Of a stretch of DNA of 64,000 nucleotides, positions 28,483 through 38,240 are shown piece after piece. This DNA comes from Micavibrio sp. (lineage in GTDB: Bacteria; Pseudomonadota; Alphaproteobacteria; UBA2400). The notes beneath the pieces are model-generated. The model searched no databases. It was not told the DNA's origin and saw only the letters and a program-made list of their open reading frames with translations. The DNA lies in contig JBEIQE010000010.1 in assembly GCA_040376705.1 (NCBI GenBank), forward strand, positions 246 through 64,245, given 5' to 3'. The position numbers and the translations under genes were made by a program. Each line of letters opens with the position of its first letter. Within the stretch, counting starts at the first letter, position 1.

Positions 28483-30177
28483 TTAAGGGGAGCAATACAC
28501 CTGACGCAGCACCGGCACTTTCTTGCCATCAGCATATTCGGGTTCGGTTACCGGCAGGCGTTCAAGCGACAGGCGGCTGAGCTCATTCAGTGCGGCATGG
28601 CAGGGCATCAGCTGTTCGTTGGTCGAATGCGAATTATTGATCATGGCCTGCCCCTTGGCGGTCAGCTCGGGCAGCATGACAAAGCGCAGATTGCCAGCGT
28701 TATTCTCAGCCGGAATATTGGTAATCACCATAACGCCACCTTCAAGCGGAACCGGCCTGTAATGGAAGTTGGGGTTTACCTTGGCCATGGCATCAAAGTG
28801 GCGCGAGGCCTTTTGCTCAAGCGATAGTTTGGTTTCGGCAGCAGCAGGTGCTGGTGCGGGCGCGGGCTTGCTGGGGGTGGTAATGCTAAGGTTATAAGCT
28901 GCAATCTTGATGGCATCCGGCATTTTGTAATTAGAGCTGTGGAAACCCTCTGTAACAGGAGCTTTCTGAGCGTATGACGCGACTTCAGCCGTTGTGGCAG
29001 CAGCAGCCGGTGCTGGCTCAGGCCTAGGGGCTGTAACGGTGGGTGCTGCCTGCTTGGGTGCGGGATAGGTGATTGCAGCAATCTTCTGCAACGCGCTTAG
29101 CGTATGGGCTTCATTACCTTCGTTCGAGCCGCCGTTTGAAAAACCAGCAATACGCAGCTTGCCATTATCGCTGGCATCGGGCGAGAGGATCAGCATCAGC
29201 TTGTCGCTGGGCTTGGCTTCCTTGCCGCGGGCCGCAATATTGGTAGTGATCACGATTTTGCTGGTGCCGTGGTGCTCATCAAACATGCGGCGGGTTTCAA
29301 ATGCAAAGCCGGGGTTTTGGGCCGTCATGCGAGTGAGCTGTTCGGTCACGCGCTCTTCCTGCGCGCTCAGCTTATCCTGCTTGGCCTGATAGGCAACTGG
29401 GTCCGCTGGGGCTGTTGGCTTTACAACATCCTTCATCCAGGCAGGTGGTTGGGCAACAGGAATTGGCATGCCCATATCAAACTCGTGGTGGCTATAAATG
29501 AAGGGCTCAATGGTGGGCTCAGGCATGAAGGCACCCAGTAAGCCCTTCAACTGGCTCATGGTCTTGTTGCCCATTCTGGCACCAAGCCCCCATGTTTCGA
29601 TACCCTTGTGCGATACAGTAATAGTAGACGCTGCATCAGGGTTTGAGTTATTGGGCAGATTGGTGGTGAAGACCACCTTATTATAACCTGTGCGGGCATC
29701 TGGTTGCAGTTGTTCTTCGAAAGAAAAACCAGGGCGGTGCTTGGCCAGTTCGCGCAGCTGGCTGGCAATTTCGGCGCTCTGGCGCAGCAGCTTGTTCTGT
29801 TCGCGCTGGTAACGCTTGGCATCGATTTTCGCACTGGCGCCATAAATCAGGTCCAGGCCAGCCATGGCTACGGGGCGTGATACGGCTTGATAGGCGCTAT
29901 CTGCTTTCTCGTTCAGGCTAACCCAACCTCTGCCAATACCGCCTACAGCCTGCCCCGTGAGGGATGTGCCTGCGCGTAGTGTCTTCTTGAGGCCGGTAAA
30001 GTGTGCAGCAGTGATAAAGTCCTTACGGGTGGCCGCCTGCCAGAGTTTAACGGGCGCAGCGCGCAGATTAGCGAGGGTGAGGGTTTCTTCAGTCCAGTCG
30101 TCAAAACGGTCGATGGCTACCTGCGTGCGCACTTTGGCTGAGCTTAAAGAATCGCGAATGCGTGAAGGCAACTGCAT
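28483..30177 (-). CDS. hypothetical protein built from three internal ~110-130-aa repeats (564 aa)
   Basis: ATG 30177 is preceded by GGAGAG; the track ORF is extended to 30240. The repeat core recurs three times: ...HRPGFSFEE...NKVVFTTNLPNN, ...QNPGFAFET...SKIVITTNIAARG, and ...VNPNFHYRP...GVMVITNIPAENN. Pro/Ala-rich linkers separate the copies. Confidence 0.7.
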   Translation of the reverse strand: MQLPSRIRDSLSSAKVRTQVAIDRFDDWTEETLTLANLRAAPVKLWQAATRKDFITAAHFTGLKKTLRAGTSLTGQAVGGIGRGWVSLNEKADSAYQAVSRPVAMAGLDLIYGASAKIDAKRYQREQNKLLRQSAEIASQLRELAKHRPGFSFEEQLQPDARTGYNKVVFTTNLPNNSNPDAASTITVSHKGIETWGLGARMGNKTMSQLKGLLGAFMPEPTIEPFIYSHHEFDMGMPIPVAQPPAWMKDVVKPTAPADPVAYQAKQDKLSAQEERVTEQLTRMTAQNPGFAFETRRMFDEHHGTSKIVITTNIAARGKEAKPSDKLMLILSPDASDNGKLRIAGFSNGGSNEGNEAHTLSALQKIAAITYPAPKQAAPTVTAPRPEPAPAAAATTAEVASYAQKAPVTEGFHSSNYKMPDAIKIAAYNLSITTPSKPAPAPAPAAAETKLSLEQKASRHFDAMAKVNPNFHYRPVPLEGGVMVITNIPAENNAGNLRFVMLPELTAKGQAMINNSHSTNEQLMPCHAALNELSRLSLERLPVTEPEYADGKKVPVLRQVYCSP

Positions 30178-30270
30178 GAAACTCTCCGGCGTTTGAATTT
30201 CAAATACTATGCGCAGCGCAAATTGGTTAATACAAGTCAATAAATGTCGGATTATGCTTAACGGCCTGTA

Positions 30271-31182
30271 TTAATGCAGGGTTTTGGGTACGTCCTCGGC
30301 CCGCAGTTTCACAATTTCTTCGGCTTTGAAAAGGTAAACACGGCTGCAGAATTCGCAGCGCACTTCCGCCGGGCCGTTCTCGGTCAGGTCCTTAATGTCT
30401 TCATCTGTAAGGGCTTTCATGACGCCCTCCACGCGCTCGCGCGAGCATCGGCAGCGGTCTACCATGTCGTGCGGGGGGAAGACGCGCACATCCTCCTCAT
30501 GGAACAGGCGGTAGAGCAGGTCGTTTGGCGTTAACGCGGGCGAGGTTAACTCCTGCGGGGTGGCGGTGCTCATCAGCATCATGGCGCGGCGCCAGCCGTC
30601 CTCCACATCGGTGCCTACTTGCGTTGCCAGCTCAGGCAGGCGCTGCAGCATGATGCCGCCAGCCTGCCAGCCGATAATCGGCGTATTGGTCGCGGCGATG
30701 ACGAAAGCGGTCTCAATCTGCTCGGACTGACGGAAGTAATGATGGATGAAGTCGGGCATGGTCTCGCCCTGCAACTCAACCAGGCCCTGATAGCGCTCGG
30801 AGTTCGCGCCCTGATCTACCGTAAAGGCAATATGACCATCGCCCAAGAGGCCGCGGGCATTGCTGGCCTTGCTGCCGAGCGCAGTCAGTTTTTCTTCATC
30901 AAACTGGGCATAGGCGCGCATGGCGCCGCTGGTGGTAATATCGGTTACCAGAGTTGTGACGGCGCCATCGCCCTTGATCTGTAGCGTAAAAATGCCCTCA
31001 AATTTGAGCATGCCCGAAAGCAGGGCGGCCAGAGTGAGAGTTTCGGCCAGCAGGGTAGCAACCGGCTCGGGGTATTTATGACGCGCGATGATACTGTCGA
31101 GCCCGCCCGACAGGCGTACGAAGCGGCCCCGCAGATTGGGGCGGTCGAGCTGGAAAGGTTGTACGTGGTCGGGTGCCGTCAT
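30271..31182 (-). CDS. hslO: redox-regulated chaperone Hsp33
   Basis: 303 aa with the C-terminal zinc centre CRCSRERV ... CEFCSRVY. Confidence 0.95.
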   Translation of the reverse strand: MTAPDHVQPFQLDRPNLRGRFVRLSGGLDSIIARHKYPEPVATLLAETLTLAALLSGMLKFEGIFTLQIKGDGAVTTLVTDITTSGAMRAYAQFDEEKLTALGSKASNARGLLGDGHIAFTVDQGANSERYQGLVELQGETMPDFIHHYFRQSEQIETAFVIAATNTPIIGWQAGGIMLQRLPELATQVGTDVEDGWRRAMMLMSTATPQELTSPALTPNDLLYRLFHEEDVRVFPPHDMVDRCRCSRERVEGVMKALTDEDIKDLTENGPAEVRCEFCSRVYLFKAEEIVKLRAEDVPKTLH

Positions 31183-31315
31183 GCGGGTTTTTTACAGAAA
31201 CATACGGGGAATGTCGAGAGCGGCTAAGACCGGGCCCAAATTCGGCAGCCGGATTGCTGCCAAACCTGATGTTCCGTTAATGACAGGCCGTCTCTATTGC
31301 CTGATATGCTGATGG

Positions 31316-32511
31316 TCACGCAGCATTCTTGGCGGCTATTTCCTGCACACGCTCGGCGCAGGCCTTGCGGGCAATCTCAAGGCCTTCGTCGATATGCGCC
31401 TCGGTTACAATGAGCGGTGGCACAAAGCGCAACACATCCTTGCCTGCGCCAACGGCAATCAGCCCATGCTTGAGGAACAGGCGCTGCAGGTCGGCATATT
31501 CCTCGCTCAGCTGCAGGCCGATCATCAGGCCTTTGCCGCGAACATCTTTCACCAGCGTCGGGAATTCGGCCATCAGCTTACCAAACTGCGTGAAGGCATA
31601 GGCTGACACCTTGTTGATATGTTCAAGTAGACCGGGTTCGGTCATCAGGTTCAGCGCTTCTTCGGCTACGGCCATCGCCAGCGGGTTGCCGCCGTAGGTG
31701 GTGCCATGGCTGCCGATGGTCATACCGGCAGCTGCATTCTCGGTTGCCAAGCAGGCACCCACGGGGAAGCCGCCACCAAAGGCCTTGGCGATGCACATGA
31801 CATCAGGCTTGATACCCGCGTGCTCGTAAGCCCAGATTTTGCCGGTACGGCCATGCCGCACTGGATTTCGTCAAGGAACAGCAGCATGCCGTGTTTATCG
31901 CATAGCGCGCGCACGGCTTTCAGGTATTCAACAGTAGCGGGTTTAATACCGCCTTCGCCCTGTACCGTCTCGAAATGAATGGCAGCGGTTTGCGGCGTAA
32001 TGGCTTTTTCAATTGCCGCGATATCGTTATACGGTACCTGATCAAACCCATCAGCCAGCGGGCCGAAGCCATCGGTCATCTTCGGGGTTTTGGCAGCCGA
32101 GATGGCTCCGAGTGTGCGGCCATGGAACAGGCCTTCGCATACGATAATGCGATTACGGTCCTTCTGGCCCTTGGCCCAGAAATGACGGCGCACAATCTTC
32201 ACACCGCATTCCCACGCCTCAACGCCCGAGTTGGTGAAGAACACCGTTTCGGCAAATGAAATCTGCTTGAGCTTTTCAGCTACGCGCTCTTGGCCCGGTA
32301 CGCGGAACATGTTGGAGACAATCCATACCTTGCTGGCCTGCTCGGTCAGTGCCTTGATCAGGCGCGGGTTGGCATGACCAAAACCGGCAACGGCAATACC
32401 AGCCACAAAATCGAGATAGCGCTTGCCCTCGGCGGTGTAGAGGTAGCAGCCTTCGCCGCGCTCGAATGACAGATCGTTACGCTTGTAAACCGGCAGTACG
32501 GATGAAATCAT
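31316..32511 (-). pseudogene. argD: acetylornithine/succinyl-diaminopimelate aminotransferase, frame broken by a 1-nt indel near 31851 (possibly a sequence error)
   Basis: The N-terminal ORF ends its homology at ...LFLDEIQCGM and the C-terminal ORF continues GRTGKIWAYEHAGIKPDVMCIAKAFGGGFPVGA in another frame. ATG 32511 is preceded by GGAGAG. Confidence 0.88.
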
Positions 32512-32572
32512 TTCTCTCTCCAATCAGCTTGGCCTCTTGAGCTTATATCTAGCATAGCGCAAACTCACAGCC

Positions 32573-33094
32573 ATGCCGAGTACTCTCACACAGCAATCCA
32601 TTTACAATCGTGCAGTGCACTATCTCGAGCGCTATGCCGCTTCGGTTGCGGGGGTGCGGGCTGTTTTGCAGCGCAGCGTAAAACGGGCCGAGCGCCGCGG
32701 CGATATCGTGCCGCCACAAACACCGGAGTGGATTGAGGCAACGCTTTTAAAGCTCATCGAAAAAAAACTGCTTGATGATGCCTTGTTCGCTGAAACCAAA
32801 GTGCGGTCGCTGCGCCGTTCGGGTGCATCAGCCCAAAAGGTCAAACAAAAACTGGCTGTGAAGGGCGTCTCCGGCACGTTGGTAGACGACGCGCTGGCGA
32901 GTGAAGATGTGGAGGATGACTGGCAGGCTGCTATCATCTTCGCACGTAAAAAACGCTTAGGACCTTATACTACGCGCGGTGACCGCACCGAGCTGCGCGA
33001 CAAGCAGATGCAGTCACTGGCAAGGGCAGGTTTTAATCTCTCGATTGCCCGCAAGATAGTAGATGCATACAGCGAAGATGAGCTTGTGGAATAA
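32573..33094 (+). CDS. recX: RecA regulator RecX
   Basis: 173 aa with a repeated three-helix pattern (AVHYLERYAASVAGVRAVLQR..., ...LDDALFAE..VRS...). Confidence 0.85.
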   Translation: MPSTLTQQSIYNRAVHYLERYAASVAGVRAVLQRSVKRAERRGDIVPPQTPEWIEATLLKLIEKKLLDDALFAETKVRSLRRSGASAQKVKQKLAVKGVSGTLVDDALASEDVEDDWQAAIIFARKKRLGPYTTRGDRTELRDKQMQSLARAGFNLSIARKIVDAYSEDELVE

Positions 33095-33096
33095 GT

Positions 33097-33483
33097 CTAT
33101 TCCGCGTTATGGCAGACGGCCTCGATATTGTGGCCATCCGGATCGAGCACAAAAGCACCGTAGTAGTTGGGATGATAATGCGCACGAATGCCCGGCTTGC
33201 CATTATCGCGCCCGCCCGCTGCCATGGCTGCTGCATAAAACGCATCCACTTCATCCCGCGTATCGGCCCTGAAGGCAAAATGCATCGGCGGTTTTTGTGT
33301 TTCACCAGGGCTGATCCAGAAGTCCGGTTTGGGTGGGACGCCAAATCCTGCGACGTCTACATGTCCGGTCATGGCAGCAGAAAATTCGGCAATAAGCTGG
33401 TAGCCCAGCGGTGCCAGCGCCTTGCTGTAAAAGGCTTTGCTTTTGGCATAGTCGGTTACTGCAATTCCGGAATGATCTATCAT
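33097..33483 (-). CDS. VOC (glyoxalase/bleomycin-resistance/dioxygenase) family protein
   Basis: 128 aa, MIDHSGIAVTDYAKSKAFY... H.AF... DPDGHNIEAV. Confidence 0.85.
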   Translation of the reverse strand: MIDHSGIAVTDYAKSKAFYSKALAPLGYQLIAEFSAAMTGHVDVAGFGVPPKPDFWISPGETQKPPMHFAFRADTRDEVDAFYAAAMAAGGRDNGKPGIRAHYHPNYYGAFVLDPDGHNIEAVCHNAE

Positions 33484-33893
33484 CAGTCCTCTCCCTCAAT
33501 CCGTTCCATATCTTCATCCGACAGGCCAAAGTGATGTCCTATTTCGTGGATCAGCACATGACGTACAATATCGGGCAGGCGCTCGCCGCTATCGCACCAG
33601 AAATCCAGAATCGGGCGGCGGTAGAGATACACAATATCCGGCAGGCGGCCGATATCGAGGATGCTGCGGCGGGGCAAGTCTACGCCCTGGTAAAGGCCCA
33701 GAATATCAAATGGGCTTTCAAGCTCCATCTCTTCGATGATTTCATCTGACGGGAAGTCTTCTACCTTGATGATGATGTTCTGCGCATACTGTTTGAATTG
33801 CGCAGGCAGGCCGGCATGGGCCTCTTCAGCTAGCCGTGAGAGATCATCCAGCGTTGGTGCAACTGCCGAAGGGATAGCGATGCGCTTGGCCAA
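33483..33893 (-). CDS. small zincin-type metallopeptidase family protein (DUF1025-like)
   Basis: 136 aa with HExxH in VLIHEIGHHFGLSDEDM. Abuts the mazG-like gene with no gap and overlaps the VOC start. Confidence 0.75.
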   Translation of the reverse strand: MAKRIAIPSAVAPTLDDLSRLAEEAHAGLPAQFKQYAQNIIIKVEDFPSDEIIEEMELESPFDILGLYQGVDLPRRSILDIGRLPDIVYLYRRPILDFWCDSGERLPDIVRHVLIHEIGHHFGLSDEDMERIEGED

Positions 33894-34220
33894 TTAACGG
33901 TTATCTCCTGCACCATGCAGCACGCCGCGTTCGCTGCGGTCTTTAATCTTGGCGAGGTTGATGCGCACCACATCTTCAAGTTTGATATCAAGATCGCTGG
34001 CAAGGTTGGCCACATACCACATCACATCCCCCAGCTCTTTGGTAATGGCTTCGCGGCGCTCCGGCGTAGGAATGCGGTTGTTATCGCGCACCATCTTTTT
34101 AATATGCTCAACGACCTCACCGGTTTCGCCAGCAAGGCCAAGGGCGGTATATATAGCGCCAAGGTCGTTATTATAAATTGCGGTGGTGCGGGCAATGGTC
34201 TGGTATTCGTCAAATGTCAT
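33894..34220 (-). CDS. MazG-like nucleotide pyrophosphohydrolase (single-domain)
   Basis: 108 aa: LGLAGETGEVVEHIKK ... ELGDVMWYVANLA. Confidence 0.85.
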   Translation of the reverse strand: MTFDEYQTIARTTAIYNNDLGAIYTALGLAGETGEVVEHIKKMVRDNNRIPTPERREAITKELGDVMWYVANLASDLDIKLEDVVRINLAKIKDRSERGVLHGAGDNR

Positions 34221-34262
34221 AATGGCTTGTCTCCTGGCTGTATTTGGGCCAGTTTAGTGTTT

Positions 34263-35117
34263 ATGCAGGAAAAAACCACCCCACGGATTGCTGTTGTTAC
34301 CGGTGCGACCTCGGGTATCGGGTTTGAGGTGGTACGGGGTTTGGCCAGTGCGGGGTGGAAAGTTGTTGGCGTGGCCCGCAGCGTTGAGCGCGGCCGCCGC
34401 ATGACCGAGATCTTGCGCGCGCAGACCGGTAACCCCAGCATCAGCTTTATGGCGGCTGACCTCTCGCTTATTAAAGACGCTACTGCAGCAGCGACAGAGC
34501 TGGTCAAGCAATATCCCAAAATTGACCTGCTGATTAATAACGCCGGCGCGATTTACGATAAACGGCGGGAAACAGCCGAAGGGCATGAGCGTACCTTTGC
34601 GCTCAACCATCTGGGTTATGCCGCTTTTACCAAGGCGCTGCGTCCGGTGCTTGAGGCAACGCCGCAATCACGTATTGTCAATGTCGCATCGGCCGCGCAT
34701 TTTGGCGCCAAGCTCGATCTTGATGATCTCGAAATGCATAAGGGCCGCTTTAAAAGCTGGAAGCAGTATCAGCGCAGCAAGCTTATGACCGTATTATACA
34801 CCCGCGCACTCGCCCGCCGCCTGCAGGGCAGTGTCACGGTTAACAGCATGCACCCCGGATTTGTCGCGACGCGTTTTGGCAGCGATAACTCGCGCCTCTG
34901 GCGCTTCATCATGAAGCTGATGATGTATACCGCCATCAAGCCCAGTGAGTCGGCCAAAGGCGTGCTGCAAGTGGCCCTATCGCCAGAATATGCAGGAATT
35001 AGCGGGGCTTATTTCGATCGTGGCCGCCTCGCGTCTCCCTCGGCAGAGGCGCAGAACGACGCGTCTGCCGAACAGCTTTGGCAACTGACCGAAAATCTGC
35101 TATCAAAAGCGGGATAG
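34263..35117 (+). CDS. SDR-family oxidoreductase
   Basis: TGATSGIGFE Rossmann motif and YQRSK catalytic motif. ATG 34263 was chosen; the track ORF from 33915 runs antisense through the mazG-like gene. Confidence 0.9.
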   Translation: MQEKTTPRIAVVTGATSGIGFEVVRGLASAGWKVVGVARSVERGRRMTEILRAQTGNPSISFMAADLSLIKDATAAATELVKQYPKIDLLINNAGAIYDKRRETAEGHERTFALNHLGYAAFTKALRPVLEATPQSRIVNVASAAHFGAKLDLDDLEMHKGRFKSWKQYQRSKLMTVLYTRALARRLQGSVTVNSMHPGFVATRFGSDNSRLWRFIMKLMMYTAIKPSESAKGVLQVALSPEYAGISGAYFDRGRLASPSAEAQNDASAEQLWQLTENLLSKAG

Positions 35118-35204
35118 CTGGTCTCTGGGTTCAGGGTGTCAGCATCACCGACTAACCAGATCAGGCATTAACTGCATAGCGCGGTAATGTCATAAGAGGT
35201 AAAA

Positions 35205-35948
35205 ATGGCTAGCAAACGTGATTATGAAGAAGCCCCGCATATCGGCTCGGGCCGTATCGGTCTTGTGGTTGCCCGCATGCAGCCCCCGCACCGCGGGCAT
35301 ATGAATCTCATCAACCTTGCGCGGTCCGACTGCGACACCGCCATTGTGGCTTTCGGTTCGACCCAGCATTCGCGCGTGGTGCGTCATCCCTTCACCTTCG
35401 AGCAGCGCGTTGAGATGATCAAGGCGGTGTTTGGTAACACCATTAAGCCGCTGCCGCTGGTGGATATCGACAGCAACGTGAATACCGACGACTGGGTCGA
35501 CTACGTGCTCGATAAGATCCGCAAACTCAACCTGCCAGAGCCGACTGATTTTTATACCGGCTCGGTGCAGGACGCCAAATGGTACACCAGCCGTTTTGCA
35601 CAGCTCACCGACCCGATGATTGAGGTTGGCTTTACCCGCACTTATACGGCAGCCTCGGGCAAGCGCCTGCACATCATGGACCGGGCATTGTTTAATCTGC
35701 CCCCAGCTGAAGAAATCCGTTCGCTGATTGAGCGCCGCGACCCCGAATGGCAGAACTATGTACCTGCGCGCCTGACCGAATATGTGGAGTGGAACTACCC
35801 GCCTGACCTGCGCACGGCGCTGGCTCTGCCTAAACTGCCAGAGGCCGATGCGCTGCCGGTTGGCACCCGTGTCGCGATTAAAGAAGGCGAAATTACCAAG
35901 TTTTACCGCCTGCATGATGACGGCAAATGGCGCGCGTTTAATGCCTGA
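35205..35948 (+). CDS. cytidylyltransferase-superfamily protein, archaeal/NadR-type NMN adenylyltransferase-like, with an extra ~55-aa C-terminal domain
   Basis: The nucleotidyltransferase signature VARMQPPHRGH (the (H/T)xGH motif in the GRFQPxHxGH form) and a second motif around EEIRSLI. Start has the RBS AAGAGG. The mirror ORF 35190-35915 (-) has no motif. Confidence 0.7.
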   Translation: MASKRDYEEAPHIGSGRIGLVVARMQPPHRGHMNLINLARSDCDTAIVAFGSTQHSRVVRHPFTFEQRVEMIKAVFGNTIKPLPLVDIDSNVNTDDWVDYVLDKIRKLNLPEPTDFYTGSVQDAKWYTSRFAQLTDPMIEVGFTRTYTAASGKRLHIMDRALFNLPPAEEIRSLIERRDPEWQNYVPARLTEYVEWNYPPDLRTALALPKLPEADALPVGTRVAIKEGEITKFYRLHDDGKWRAFNA

Positions 35949-35999
35949 AGTTTATAAAGCTTGTAATTAACCATATGCTTTTTCTAGTGTTGGCGGGCT

Positions 36000-38219
36000 A
36001 TGCGCAGCCCGCCACCTTCTTCGGCCCGTCCTGAGCTTGAGCGTTGGCTCAGGCAGCAGAAGATTACTGACCCGCATACACGCCATAGTATCCTTGCTCT
36101 GCATGAGCAGTGGGCGCAGACGCCGCGCCATACGCTTTATAAAACCGATAACCCCAAGGCGGATGAAGCCGACCTGGTATTGATTTCGGAGATAGACGCA
36201 GAATCCCAATCACCACGCTACCGCGTTATGGGTATCAGCAAGCGCGATGCGCAGTTCCATGTTGCTACTGTCAAGCGTGAGGCTACAAAGGACTACACAC
36301 CGCTGCAAATCGGTTGGCGTGCGATCAACAATTATGGGTTTGAATATGGTGCCCGTAGTTTTGAAAGCGGGCAGGACCGCAGCTGGTTCAAGCATGACGT
36401 GCTGTATTTGCCTGCGCATGGCCATGCCCGCAAGCTGGTGAGGGAAATTGCCCGCTTGGCCGGCAAGCCGGATGTACCCGACTGGTATGATAATCGCAAC
36501 AAACGTATTTATGGACGTTTGCATGATGCGCTGGCGCGTGAAGAGGCACGACGTATCCGCAAGGTATGCCATGGCTTTATTGCAGAGATGGACCAGGCCG
36601 CGCTCAAGGTAATGCGCCATATCGGCACGGTTGAACGCTGGACCTACCAGTGGCTAACCGGTGAGCGCGACTGGATTGAAGACCATGTTTCGCAAAAGAA
36701 GAAAGCTGCATCGCCGCAAGCACAGCAGCGCCGCCAGCAGGCAGCTACGGCTTTTCCGGGACTCATTTTCATGATGCGTAATTCGCGCGAGATCAGTAAA
36801 GCAATTGATGCTGATAACCCATTTATGCCTGCGGTTATGGATCATCTGTCGGGCACGCGCTGGCGTAAGCATGAATACGCTGTCAGCCCTGCATTGATGA
36901 AGTTTATTGTGGGCAAGAAGCCCCGCGCGTTTGATCCTAAGTATAAGCGCTGTCTTGAGTTCGGCTCGAATGAAAAATTCGCCATGGAAGTGCATAACAT
37001 ATTCGGTTTTATCAGCCAGCTTCCTAAGGAGTGGTGGCCTAACAAGCCTGAACAGTGGAAGCAATACCAGGGTGTTAAACATACTTTCGAGTCGTGGTCG
37101 CATCTCACCGGTCTTAAACCAAAAGAACTGGTGCGTGGCTTTGCGCAAATGGTGCGTACCATCGGCAGCGAGCATCCGGCTGTATTTGCAAATCAGCAGG
37201 GCGCTATTGCACTAGCCGATGTAAAGCGCGTGCTCGGCCAGAGTGAAAAGCCCTACAGGATGCGGCAGATTGTGCGTAAAACTCTGCCAGATGGCAAGAT
37301 TACGCCCGATTTTATCGCGGCAATTGGTAGCCGCGCGCATGATGACAGTTTTGGTGGGCTGGAGGGTAACCTCAAAGACTTTATCAGCCGTGTCGTTGAT
37401 CAGGTCGTGGTACCAGCCATCGCACAAACCTGTGCTGATGCGGGGATTAACTGGGTTCAGTTCATGGGCCAGTTCAACGAGTGGTCGTCAGATAATGGCC
37501 ATGCAATCGGCACTACGGCCAGTCAGCTGTTTAACGGTATCAGTCCATCGGTAGTTTACACCGCCAGCAAGCGCTGGCACCGGCAAGCTGCGGGTATGGA
37601 GCGCCTCACCGGCCGGTATCAGGAGCCTAGCAGCTGGCTACGCCTGTTTAACCCCACTATTTCGCCAGAAGGTGTGCGCATGCGCTGCCTGAACAGCAGT
37701 ACCGCTTTGCTGGATGAGGGCAGTGAACAGTCTAACTGCGTAGGTGGGTATGCTTATAATTGCATGTTCAAAGGCTCACATATCATCAGCCTTACAGCAG
37801 CTGATAAGTCCTGGCGCACGACCATGGAGCTGCAGGTAAAGGACAGAGAAGTGCAGTGTGTACAGCACGAGTTGGCTGGTAATGGCAGGAATCTGCCCCC
37901 TGAGGCTTTGGCTGCACAGAATTGGCTTGTAGGGGCAATCAATAAAGGCCTGGTGCCGGTTGACTGGAAAGCAGTGGATGCAGCGCAGGCCGCTAACCTG
38001 CAGCGTATGCAGGAATTTGAAGAGAAAAAATTGCAATTACGTATAGGTTTCAACCCGCTTAATCGCGATGATACCGAAAATGCCTACCAGCGCTGGCGGC
38101 GGGCGATACCGGATATTCTGCCGGATGCCACCCGTACCGAGATGCTTGAGCGCACCGGTATTACGCAACATATTAAAGCCGAAATTGCCGAGCGTAGGCA
38201 GCAGCCATATGCTCCATAG
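36000..38219 (+). CDS. large PcfJ-like domain protein (739 aa)
   Basis: The C-terminal segment LLDEGSEQSNCVGGYAYNCMFKGSHIISL...WRTTMELQV...VQCVQHELAGNGRN fits the PcfJ-like pattern (EG..M.HCV..Y......G...I.SLR....T.E......Q..G..N). The N-terminal 550 aa are unrecognised. Confidence 0.6.
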   Translation: MRSPPPSSARPELERWLRQQKITDPHTRHSILALHEQWAQTPRHTLYKTDNPKADEADLVLISEIDAESQSPRYRVMGISKRDAQFHVATVKREATKDYTPLQIGWRAINNYGFEYGARSFESGQDRSWFKHDVLYLPAHGHARKLVREIARLAGKPDVPDWYDNRNKRIYGRLHDALAREEARRIRKVCHGFIAEMDQAALKVMRHIGTVERWTYQWLTGERDWIEDHVSQKKKAASPQAQQRRQQAATAFPGLIFMMRNSREISKAIDADNPFMPAVMDHLSGTRWRKHEYAVSPALMKFIVGKKPRAFDPKYKRCLEFGSNEKFAMEVHNIFGFISQLPKEWWPNKPEQWKQYQGVKHTFESWSHLTGLKPKELVRGFAQMVRTIGSEHPAVFANQQGAIALADVKRVLGQSEKPYRMRQIVRKTLPDGKITPDFIAAIGSRAHDDSFGGLEGNLKDFISRVVDQVVVPAIAQTCADAGINWVQFMGQFNEWSSDNGHAIGTTASQLFNGISPSVVYTASKRWHRQAAGMERLTGRYQEPSSWLRLFNPTISPEGVRMRCLNSSTALLDEGSEQSNCVGGYAYNCMFKGSHIISLTAADKSWRTTMELQVKDREVQCVQHELAGNGRNLPPEALAAQNWLVGAINKGLVPVDWKAVDAAQAANLQRMQEFEEKKLQLRIGFNPLNRDDTENAYQRWRRAIPDILPDATRTEMLERTGITQHIKAEIAERRQQPYAP

Positions 38220-38240
38220 CTTGCTAGAGCATATGAAGGG

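Noticed and set aside
35190-35915. 241-aa minus-strand ORF that almost exactly mirrors the 35205-35948 plus-strand ORF. Many similar long antisense ORFs occur elsewhere (e.g. 640-1551, 6494-7135, 11833-12393, 15681-16253, 23659-24195, 33915-34262).
   Set aside because: These are shadow ORFs, typical of G+C-rich DNA. In each case the opposite strand carries clear family motifs (here the HxGH nucleotidyltransferase signature and an RBS), while the mirror ORF is Arg/Ala/Gly-rich low-complexity sequence.
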